Below are positions 52,151 to 62,727 of a DNA stretch of 64,000 nt, piece by piece. Location: assembly GCA_028534125.1 (NCBI GenBank), contig CM052817.1:94800001-94864000 (forward strand), given 5' to 3'. Position 1 is the first letter of the stretch. Every line of letters starts with the position of its first letter. The notes under the pieces were generated by a model. That model was given only the letters and a program-made list of their open reading frames with translations. It was not told the origin of the DNA and did no database searches. The stretch comes from Lama glama. Taxonomy: Eukaryota. Position numbers and translations under genes: made by a program.

Positions 52151-55100
52151 TTGGACCCTAATAAACATATAAGTTCTTGGTCATTGATTAATTCTACCAA
52201 CAGAAGTTTATAAACCTCGGTGGTTGTTTCTTTCATTGGAAGAATGAACACAGAGATAGAAAAGAATTTAACAAGACAGATTCTGTTTAGTTAGACAGAG
52301 TCACACACAAACAAATTTACTGAAGCTAGCAGTTTATAAAACTCAATGGCACTGAAGTAAAAGGCAAGCTTTAAGAATGTAGTATGCACTTGGAGAATTT
52401 TTTTTTAACTGCTATGCACATTTTACTTTTTTCTCTGACCCAGAAAAGTGTAGATTCCTGTATTTTTTTTTTAATAGAGCTTTCTTAATAGCCTAAGAAA
52501 ACATTTTGACTAGGGTTGCTGGCTTCGTTTGGTGTACCATAACATGTATCTAAACCCATTCAATGTGAAAATATTATTATTGTCTTTATAAACTACAGCC
52601 TTGTTTCTAAGGCTTTCGTTAAACCAGCTGTTTCTTCCTCTTTATCGCATTCCCCAAAGCAAAGTAGAATAGGTCACGGTTGCCTAGATGGCCTGCCGAG
52701 AAGCGATAACAGATTAGGTCCCAGAAAGATCTGCTGCAAATTTCCAGTCTGGAAGGTATGCCTTTACCACTGTAAATTCGAAGTGATATTGACACTCAGC
52801 ATCTTTATCTGCCTTTATCGACTTGAGATAAATATCACTAGGCTGGATCTGGGTACTCACCTATGGGAGTCTTCCTCTATTTGATGTTATTTTAGCTTCC
52901 AAAACCAACAACAAAAAAAGGCAATATCTACTGAAAAGCACAGCAAACAGCTCAGGAGCCAGAACCGCGAGCACCTCGCTCCCCAGATCAACAGATGTGG
53001 TGACGAATGACAAATTTATTTTTCTCCAGGGTTTGTATATATGTAAAACTGCTGAAGTTCATCAAGATGTCAAGTGCTTTTGGTGGCCACCCAGGCTGCC
53101 TTGAAAGATAACCAGATGAAATCTCCACTCCAGCAGTGGATGGAGCAGCGAGGGTGCTTTCCAGGGCCAGGCCAGCCGGCTGTAGCACGGAGCAGAGGGG
53201 CTTCCTTGGCATCCATCACTCGCTAATAATCGCTCTAAATACTTGTCCCCAATGTGAGCTGTAATAACACGCTCTTCGTGTTACTGACGTGGATCAGTTT
53301 GTTAGCCAGACCGGTCCTTGGCCCGTAGGTTACTGTTTCCTAAAATATGATGGATAAGAGGCGATCATCTTCCCCTCGGCCCAGCTCAGAAGTCTCTTTA
53401 GAATTCCAGAACACTCATTTTTCAGAAATTGCTCAAAAAGCACATTTGCTACAGTTTCACCTTCTTACGTCTATTTAGTGACATGGTTGGTTTTTCTCTA
53501 AAGTTCAAAATTGTGAAAAACAGCTACTTTGTGATTCATTTTTACTATTCTCATTATTAGCCTCATCTTTCTGCAAATCAAAAACATGAAGAGGAAGGGA
53601 GCTAAAGGGTTGTAGTTTGCTAAGAGAAGGCAAATGCTGAAAGGGGTTGAAAGAAAGATAATTCCGGAAACATTTTCATTTCTTCCCCATTGCCCAATAC
53701 ATAAAGAATTAAGTACGTAAATGATCTATTTGTTTGCATCACCCTCATGGCTTTAAGAAAGTGTCACTCACGTTGGGATACACATATACCTGAAAGGTAG
53801 CTACTTTCTAGGGGCTTCAATTCAGAAAGATTCATGGTCTGCTTACTTCCACAAAAATGGAAAAAAAAAAAGATGTTAAAAATCACTACAGAGAAGATAC
53901 ACTAGAGTTTTATTAATCATCATATTCCCAGTGGTGCATTTACTTAGGGAGATAAATTCTTAAAACTTCTAAAAGTACCAAAATTACACTAAAAATCCAT
54001 AGGAGCTCCTTTCTCAGGGGGTCTCATCTTGGGCCTGAATTGCAGTGAACAGCGGAGATGCTCTCCTGCTGACTGCAGGATGGCCCAGTAAGCTCTGTGC
54101 AAATGGCATATGAAAGGACATTGCTGGGCCTTGCTTTTTTTTTTTCCATTCGTTATAATGATTTTTATCACTCTTGGACTGTCCTCTCTCAGCTGTAGGT
54201 TACTGTAGTGCGACATGTCTGTACACAATTAGTTCGGTTGGTTTAATCCTGTTGCTAAAGAGGCCACGGTCAAGGATTAGATTCCACCGAGTTTCTCGAG
54301 TCCACAGCCACTCCCAACCCCAGTCCGCTATCTTACCCACGTGTCTCATTAGTCCCCAAGAAAGCAAGCCAGAGCGAATGGGTGAAACCCCCCAGGAATA
54401 TCCCCCAGGCCACCCCCTCTGCTAGAAAATGCTCTCGAGTGCAGGCCTTACAGATGATGGGATTTTGTGTAGTTTTCATTTTTTTTTGCCTTATCATCAT
54501 GAACAGCATATATAATGAGGAAAAATAACTTTCCTCTAGCATACGTGCTCAGAGAAAAGCTAGAACTTAGCAAACTCCACAGAGAGAATATTTGTTTACA
54601 TGTCAGTAGTTTATAGGGTGCTTTGTGGTATAGCAGGACTGGGTTCATGATCTTGGAGAAGAGTTATTACAGTTTCAAAATATTTGATAAATTATCAGGA
54701 GCTATAAAAAAAATTACAGCCACTGGAATCATCAGTGTACTTCCATCCATAGTAGACTTGATCGTATTAAGATGATTCAGGGTGAGCTCAACAGTCACCT
54801 TCAGTAAAATGCCCTTCAGTGTTTCCTTCCAAACAGAAGGGTACCATTTGGTAAATTATATCTTCCCTGACGATAAATGTTAGCCCAGTGTCCTGAAACC
54901 ATATCTCTTTTAGCTCTTCACAGAAAAATATATCTTACTTATCACTGTCTATAAAATTCGATCATTTAAGATAAAGTACTAATAAAAGTATTAGACATTT
55001 AGATTCAAATATCCTGATTATCAGAAAAATGCCCATATTTTTATGTAAAGTTCTTCTGAGTTGGCTCCTTCCTTCCCACTTAGATTGTGCCATTTGTCTA

Positions 55101-55910
55101 GATACTGTAAAAAGCTTGCAGTAAATCATTGTTAACATTCTGATGTGGTTTTGTTTAATTTGCTAAGAGAGCATAGTACCTCTGGAGCGACAGAGTTTAT
55201 GAATCTGCGCTCATTCATCTTCAGATGTTCCATTTGAAAATGATTTCCCATTTCCTCATGTTTGTCCCCAGCTAATAATTCCTTATAAAATAGAATCAGC
55301 CACTGGCATTGTTCATTCATTTCCCTGTAAGATGGTATTAGTTTGCAGACTGTAATGCTGGAAAACAGATTATTTTTTTGAAAAGCAGACTTGAAATGTC
55401 TTCTGGGTTGCACTTTGAAATTTTTCTGTGACCCCTGCAGGCAAACATCACATGAAAACAAAATTTCTCCTTCACACATGCAGTTATAAATATATCCATA
55501 GTATGACAGTCTTCCTGCACACATTGTATTGATATGGAGAGCTTCCTGCCTGATGGTAAATATATGTATATTTATATATATGTATACATAAAACATCTAG
55601 CCCCAAACTGTGAAAAGTTCAATTCAGCAACTCAGTTTTCCTTCTCTTCTTTTTACCTCAAACAAAATTATTTAACACTGCTGGGCAATTTTCATCTGAT
55701 GCTTAGCCATTGAAGAATGGAGGAGAAAAGTTATCTTTTGCCAACAGCGAATTGCTGAAGATGAGTAAATGCCGTTGCAGCCTTCTTTCCTCTCCCCAAT
55801 TTCTAATCCCTGAATTTTTTCTAAGAAAGATAACCTCCTTCCAGCTGCCTTGCCCCTCCCAGGGAGCACCCTTCCCAGCTGCCATGCCTCCTTGTTCTGC
55901 TCCCTTAAAA

Positions 55911-55939
55911 CACACACGCACACGCACACGCACACACAC
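55911..55939. repeat. (CA)n/(CACACG)n alternating purine-pyrimidine tract
   Basis: cacacacgcacacgcacacgcacacacac. Confidence 0.85.
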
Positions 55940-57410
55940 TCCCAAGGACATTGGCTCTTACTTGCCTGCTTCCCAAAGACAGAACATTTCCCAATAGCTT
56001 AGTCGGATATTGGGCTTGAAGAGGAGTCTGTCTCAGAAATTTAGGGGTGACACATTTAACCCAAAAGTTAGGTCAAAATGTATATTATGTTTTAACCATT
56101 TTGGACTCTCAGATTCTAAGATTGGTTTTAGGTTTGAGGGGATCTAGGTCAAGCTCACAGAAAATAAACTTTATAGTGTTTTCATGTTCCGTTGTTAAGC
56201 CTCCCTTGGTTGTCCTCAAATTCTTGTTCTTGCCAATCCTTGCAAACTTGGATGTTCTACAACTTCTAAACTTTCAGTTACTAGATGCTTTTATTGCAGA
56301 ACTGATTAGGAGTAATAATCTGATTTGTTAGGTAAAAATCAAAACGTTCAGCATAACTAAAGGTATGAGACCAGAAGTAGGAATTTGGGACATCATAAAA
56401 AGTCAACTCTGATAGCATCATCATATTTTAATAGCAAAATCATTATCAGAATAGGGAAGTGAATCTTATTAATTTAACATACCTCCCCCCAAAAAAACAC
56501 CTGTTAACTCAAACTGTAAAAGTAATGTCAAAAGGCTTTTTTGTAATGAGTCTCTTTTGTTATTAAACTTTTTATTTGATAAAATTCTTAATTGTAAGAA
56601 ACGGAAAAAAAAAAAGGTCTTTCTTTCAGATCCCTTGAAGTTTAAGTCTGCTCCACATTTTCATTTTAGCTAAGTTTAATTTTTTTTCAGTGAGGGGTAG
56701 TATGTCAGCTCTTCTGCTTGAGAAAATTGAAAGGCTATTTTAAAGATTTTTATATTACAAAATAGACACTCTCTCCTATAAGTGAGGTGCAAGAAAAAGG
56801 CACTTATATTTTTGAAAATGGAGGCTCTGTTGTTAGCATCAGTTCCTTGCTTGCTTATTGCAAGGCGTCAGTCATTTGCTACACCATGTAATGACCTGGT
56901 GCTGTTCATTAGATTCATTATTTAATCATATGTGAGTGACAATACAATAAGAATTTTAAAGTGACCCAGACTGGCTCCTGATGGTCTGTCTCTTTCTTGA
57001 TGGTGATTTGTTCTTCTTAGGAAGTTACTAGTAACTGTAGGGAAAAATTGCTAAATTGTCATCAGATAAGCTGGAAAGTGCAAAGTACGGTAACTGGGGA
57101 AAATTGAAAATAGAATCAATGCAATAACAAGATTAATGCTGGATTCCTATCAGGTCTGTTTCATAGGAGCCTTTTAAGATCTGCAACACAAAATCATTTC
57201 ACTTTTACTACAATTCTTAAATTTTGGTTAAAAAAGGAATAGAAATCCCAAGCTAAAAAAAATTGTTCTTTTATTTTTGTCTATATATTTTCCTAGAATA
57301 TTCATATAGTTCCTAAAAATTTCTTACCCTTTATTTTGTCTTTCAAATGCAGTGTTTTTACTATGACACTAAATATTTCTAATGAGTCTTCTTACATTTT
57401 TTTTTTAAAG

Positions 57411-57567
57411 GTTTCCTTCAAACTACTGCTGATGAATTTTGCTTTTACTATGCAAGAAAAGATGGTGGCTTGTGCTTTCCAGATTTTCCAAGAAAACAAA
57501 TCAGAGGACCAGCATCTAACTCCTTGGACCAGATGGAAGAATACGACAAAGTGGAAGAGATCAGCAG
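57411..57567 (+). CDS. HHIP: HHIP coding exon 3 (end of CRD and linker)
   Basis: Acceptor ttttttaaag|GT. Translates (G)FLQTTADEFCFYYARKDGGLCFPDFPRKQIRGPASNSLDQMEEYDKVEEIS(R). Donor CAG|GTTCAT; 157 nt, phases match the neighbouring exons. Confidence 0.97.
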
Positions 57568-58073
57568 GTTCATAAAGATAAATGTTCTTTAATCTTAAAA
57601 AAAAAACAAACCAAAACTGATAAGGCTTGTGGTTTTGACGCTGAGTCAACTGGCTGTGCTCACATCCAGCAGCCATAGCCGCCAGATGCTTTTTTTTTTT
57701 TTTTTGGTAGTTTGCTTCTCTAAAATCATATTCCCTTAAATGCTTTCAATGCTGAGACTACCAATCTTCTATTATGAGCTTGGCTTCTCTGAGATTCATG
57801 GGAATTTTATGACTGTCATTTTAAACTTGAATTTTATGACTGTTGTCAGCTCATACTGCTGTGGGAATATTCAGCACAATGATCGTTAGCAAATCAGAGT
57901 TTTAGAAATAGATCTTAGCACTTTCTCTCTGAGGGCCCTTCTGTAAGGTTTAATTAAATCACAGTAATTAATGTGAGTAAAGCTAATATTAATTAATAGT
58001 CACTGAAAGATGAGATCGTGAGCTTGTGAAATTTTAAAATACCTGTGTGTTTTCGTTTTCTTGTTGTTGTTCA

Positions 58074-58209
58074 TTTATTTTATTTATTTTTTTGCAGGGG
58101 GAGGTAATTAGGTTTACTTAATTATTTCCTTAATGGAGGTACTGGAGATTGAACCCAGGACCTTGTGCATGCTAGGCATGCGCTCTACCACTGAACTGTA
58201 CGCCCACCC
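58074..58209 (-). mobile_element. tRNA-derived SINE (camelid vic-1 type), antisense in HHIP intron 3
   Basis: Minus strand reads gggtgggcgtacagttcagtggtagagcgc...gggttcaatctcc; same family as the copies at 3339 and 27800. Confidence 0.85.
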
Positions 58210-58425
58210 TGCTACTTATGTGTTTTGAGTCCCTCCTTTACTTTCTGATAGAAGGCTTTTTTTTCACCCCATTGAAAAGAATCATTGTGTCCTTGGGTTA
58301 GCAGCCCATCCTGGCCCTCAAAACCATTGATTCCTAGAGGAAATGTATTTTGAAGAGGATGCTGAGTGCATCCCTTACCTCCATCATCTCAAGAAACGCT
58401 TACTGGTTTTCTTTAATTTGTTTAG

Positions 58426-58627
58426 AAAGCACAAACACAACTGCTTCTGTATTCAGGAGGTTGTGAGTGGGCTGCGCCAGCCTGTCAGCGCCCTGCATAG
58501 CGGGGATGGCTCACACCGTCTCTTCATTCTGGAAAAAGAAGGTTACGTGAAGATCCTTACCCCCGAAGGAGAAATTTTCAAGGAGCCTTATTTGGACATT
58601 CACAAACTTGTTCAAAGTGGAATAAAG
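58426..58627 (+). CDS. HHIP: HHIP coding exon 4 (start of the beta-propeller domain)
   Basis: Acceptor tttgtttag|A. Translates (R)KHKHNCFCIQEVVSGLRQPVSALHSGDGSHRLFILEKEGYVKILTPEGEIFKEPYLDIHKLVQSGIK. Donor AAG|GTTGGC; 202 nt, phase 0 at the end. Confidence 0.97.
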
Positions 58628-58753
58628 GTTGGCTTTTTAAATTTTATTTATCTTTGCTCTGGCTATGTTAATTTTATTTTAGTGTTATCCTCACTAAAGG
58701 TACTTGTTTGTAATAAAAAAAAGAATATAGGAGCAAATAAGGAGACAACATAA
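58628..58753 (+). CDS. HHIP: Possible alternative C-terminus of a short HHIP isoform (exon 4 read-through into intron 4)
   Basis: The frame stays open for 41 codons (VGFLNFIYLCSGYVNFILVLSSLKVLVCNKKKNIGANKETT) to TAA at 58751-58753. It resembles, from memory, the tail of the annotated short human isoform. Confidence 0.55.
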   Translation, partial: VGFLNFIYLCSGYVNFILVLSSLKVLVCNKKKNIGANKETT

Positions 58754-61700
58754 GGGAACAATAATTATGGCAACTAAATCAGGGTGGTGACATTACATTT
58801 TTAATGGTTTTTGGTGGCTATTAAGCCATGCAATCAGATTGCTATTTTGACATGGTTTTCCCATGTAATTTACATATTTAAAAATAAGTCTTGCTTTTAT
58901 AAAGTATTTGTTTAAATATTGTCTAACAGGCATAATACTTAGAATCGTGTATCAACATTTGCTAGCAGAAACAAAGAGGTCTTTTGATTATTTTGGCAAT
59001 TGCCAATCATTCTTTTACTGCATCTGTTTGAGTCTGTGTCATTAAAAACGCTACTACTTCCTTCAACAATATTTTTACAGGTAAGTCAAATATTTTTATC
59101 TATAACTAGCCACTTTTATAATATACAAGCACATTTATTGCCTTCTTTCCCACTTCTCCAATTGAATTCTTATGTTAAATAATCTAGTAGGGATATCAAT
59201 AAAATCGTTGTCTTTTGTTTTGCAATAGAGTAACGTGGTACAGTATTTAGCATTACTAAGCTGTAAGACAAACTGGTGTTCTGAAGCTAAGACATTTGAC
59301 AGTTCATGACAGTTTTAGAATGAAGCAGATTAATGGTATGATTTGGAAAGAACTGGTCATCGTTTTCATTTCTAAACTAGAAACAAAATCAAAGGAGCAT
59401 TTCTACTCTTCTATTCATATAGAGATAAGCTCTTCCTGGCTTTGTGGAGTTCTACTCAAAGGTGAGAACATCAGAACCAGAAGAAACAAATCAGAAAAAA
59501 ATATGAATATACTCCTGATGCCCATCTGTTCAGTACCTACCCTGTAAAATAATTACGATGACTTTAAATTAGAGTACAGAGAATGCCTGTTGTTGGGGCC
59601 ACCCAACCTCAAGGTCACATGGTGACAGCATCACCCAGATGTACTGCGTAGTAAGAGAAGTACCTTGTGGTACTTGTGGGCCTTTGAGGAAAAAGACTTC
59701 GGCATCAAGACACAGATCATTTGGGAAAGCTGTTTAAATCAGTAGTTTCCACTTTCTCCCAATCAAATTTTTCATTACAGTTCACAGCAAATAATTGAAA
59801 GTCTCTTACAGGGAAGCGTTAGTGTTTTGCACATCAGAGTTCAATAAATACATTCTGACATGGGTTCGGATAACTAGCTGCCAGTGGTACCTCAGGAGCA
59901 AAGGGTAAAGATGCAGCAGCAAGCGCGTCACCCGCTGGAAGTGTGGTTTTCTTTCCGTGAAAGTTAAACATGCTCTCTGTGGAAGGAAACATTGGGAAAG
60001 TATTTAAAAATCATCACCTATAATCCCATCAATTAAAGAAGATGACTTAACATTTCAATACACTTTCTTCCAGTTTTTATATTAAAATTCAATAAATTTT
60101 TCCTGACTACAAAGATCATAAAGGTCCATACTAATAAACGTGGAAATACAGAATGTGTTTTCCTGTAGCTTTTTTCCGAAGAAGCTTTAAGATAAAATTG
60201 AAATCAAACCTTAGATATATCTTTTTAGCTTTCTCTTTTCACCTCCCAATATGTCATGCGTATGCTAGCAGATTGGGAAGCTTTTCTCAAAAACTTAGCT
60301 TTTTTCCATCTCTTTTGAGTATTCCACTTCCTTATTGTGAGATATTTAGGCTGACCATAGTATTTTCTCTTTTTATCATTGTATGTAATGTTATTTATCA
60401 TTCTTATATATATTATTTAGCCTGATCGTGGATGATTTCTTCAAAATTCACTAACAGAAATAGCATCATTAAGTTGAAGGATATATACCATGATCCGCAA
60501 TGCCAGTTTACTCCGAAATATACTAGATCTCTGAGCATTTGAAAGAATAATACAGAGTTTTCAAATACTATTTTACTTAAAACGTTGGTGCTAAAATATA
60601 TATATGATAAAATGTAGGTGAACGAAATGGGCTCAGAATACTCCAAGATTTTGTTGTGTGAAGTAAAAACCGTTGCTCTTGTTTCTACTTCAATTTAACT
60701 GCCTAAAGAATGCCTCTCTTCTGATTAGAGTAATTTCAGAATCCCTCTGGTTTTTTTTTTTTTTTTCATTTATGCCCATTCACTGGGATTATTGAATGAA
60801 AATTTATCTTCTCTGAGGTTGAGGCATTTCATTGTGCGGTAAGCCTGTAACAGACCAAGTGACGGCAGTGCTGTGATTCTGCCGAACCTCTTTTGACCTT
60901 CCTTTCCTAGCAGAACTGCAGGGCTTCTGGAGCTTAAAATAAACTTCCAACTCCATTCTCCCACATATGTAGAATACAAACTCTATGTATGTAGAGTTAC
61001 CTAAAATGATGTATTTTAAAGTGCGTGTTTTGGGTTCCCTTAGAATTTGACACTAGTGATGTGAATAAGATAGGAATCTATCACATGGATTTTTGAGTGT
61101 GTACCTTATGGTGAGTAACAGGATCACATCCTCACCACCTCAAATAGGTAACACAGCAACTGGCCTTTAGCCCAGTCTCTGAGGAACTCCTGTCACAAGT
61201 CATGGATTGGCAGTGTTAGAAGTGGCTACCGTTGGTTTGATGAGGCAGATACCAACCCACTCATGAGCTGATTTTACCATTGATTTCTGTGGTATGCCCC
61301 TTTGAGACTTCTGAAGTGAAGACATCATCACAGCTATTTCATAGTAATTTTTTGGGCTTCTTGATATTTGAAATGTTAGTGTGTTCACGGTGGTGTTCTG
61401 TGTTCATCAGTGATCATTTTGCATGGATAATGCAAATAGGAATTTTCATAAATTATTATGCATATCACTTCTCTATTCTTTCAGTTTTAAAATTCTAAGA
61501 GGAAAGGGATAAAGCTATTTTAATAGACCAAAGTATTGACTGCAGTACTCAAAGCATGGAATTAATAACGTATACTAAACCCAACCTTCGTATGTTTGAA
61601 ATGAATATAGTACAAACTACAGTGGTGATCCCACCATGATATTCATGAATGATCAGTATGAGTATATTTAATCAGACATAAAGAAGAATTCTTTGATTAT

Positions 61701-62581
61701 GAGAGTTTCTGAAAGCTAGTGCTGGTTATAAGGGAATCTGGAATTCCTTTTCTGCTTACTGTCAATTAAGAATTGACAGTGATTTCTGTCACCTGGTAAA
61801 GGACTGACCCTTTTGTGGCAAAGAGCTGGACTTGGTGAATCTCCTTAAACCTCTACCAGCCCTGATTCTTATATCTCCAGCAAAGAGCCAATCATACAGG
61901 GAAGTTGGACAACCCCTCCCCAAATGGATCCTGACTGAAGCTAAAAATATAGTGTCTTTTTTTAAACACCCAGATTCTCCTGCCTGTATTGTAGGAGATT
62001 TCAGTACCCTGTGTGTGTATTGTTTCACTTAGAAAAATTACAAGTGAAAATGCAAAGCACCAGTAAGGAATTAACTTCTTTTTGCTATCGGAAATGAACC
62101 GTGGAGTTGGATTAATGGAGTAACTTCTGTGCCGTATGAATTTAAATGGCCATTTCATTTAGGAAAAGGTGATTCCATTCCCAACAGCTCAAATCCTCGA
62201 AGATGGAGCTTTGTGAAATTGCCAAGAGTGAGTCAGAAATATGTTTTGAAACTAGGTAGTGGTTTGCTAGATCGTTGGTGACACTGAACAAGCTGACCAC
62301 TTGTTAGTTCATTGAGCAAGCTGGCCAGTAGTACTGACACTATGAAAAATGGCTCAAGTGTCCAACTGGTGAGCAGACTTTAAAATCTTCATTGTGTATG
62401 TGTGGTGGGGGGGTGAGGGGCATGAACCTTGTTTGTGGTTGATGTTGTTTTATCCCAAAGAGGAACATTTCCAAGGTGATTCGGAATTTTTAAATTGAGC
62501 TTATACCTGAATTTAGAGTCAGCACTTCTGGCAAGTCCTAGAACCAGCCTCATTTATGTGAGGCCCCTGGGAATGATAGAC

Positions 62582-62727
62582 CAGTGGTTTTCCAGGATGG
62601 CTGCACAGTAGAATTGCTTGGGAGCCTTTAAAAATCCCACTGTCCAAATTAAATCAGAGTATCTGGAGTTGGGACCCAGGCATTGGTATGTTTTTCAGGT
62701 GATTTCAGTGCATAACCAAACCCCTGG
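62582..62727 (+). mobile_element. MER5A-like hAT-Charlie DNA transposon
   Basis: cagtggttttc...ggctgcacagtagaattgcttgggagccttt...attaaatcagagtatctggagttgggacccaggcat. Confidence 0.75.

Noticed and set aside
57802..57843. 15-bp direct repeat gaattttatgactgt (similar short duplications near 40012 and 63952)
   Set aside because: Two-copy slippage-type duplications, not arrays; no CRISPR-like repeat-spacer structure.
61120..61280. Possible ancient SINE (AmnSINE/LF-SINE-like) remnant
   Set aside because: Similarity is too weak to support by eye.
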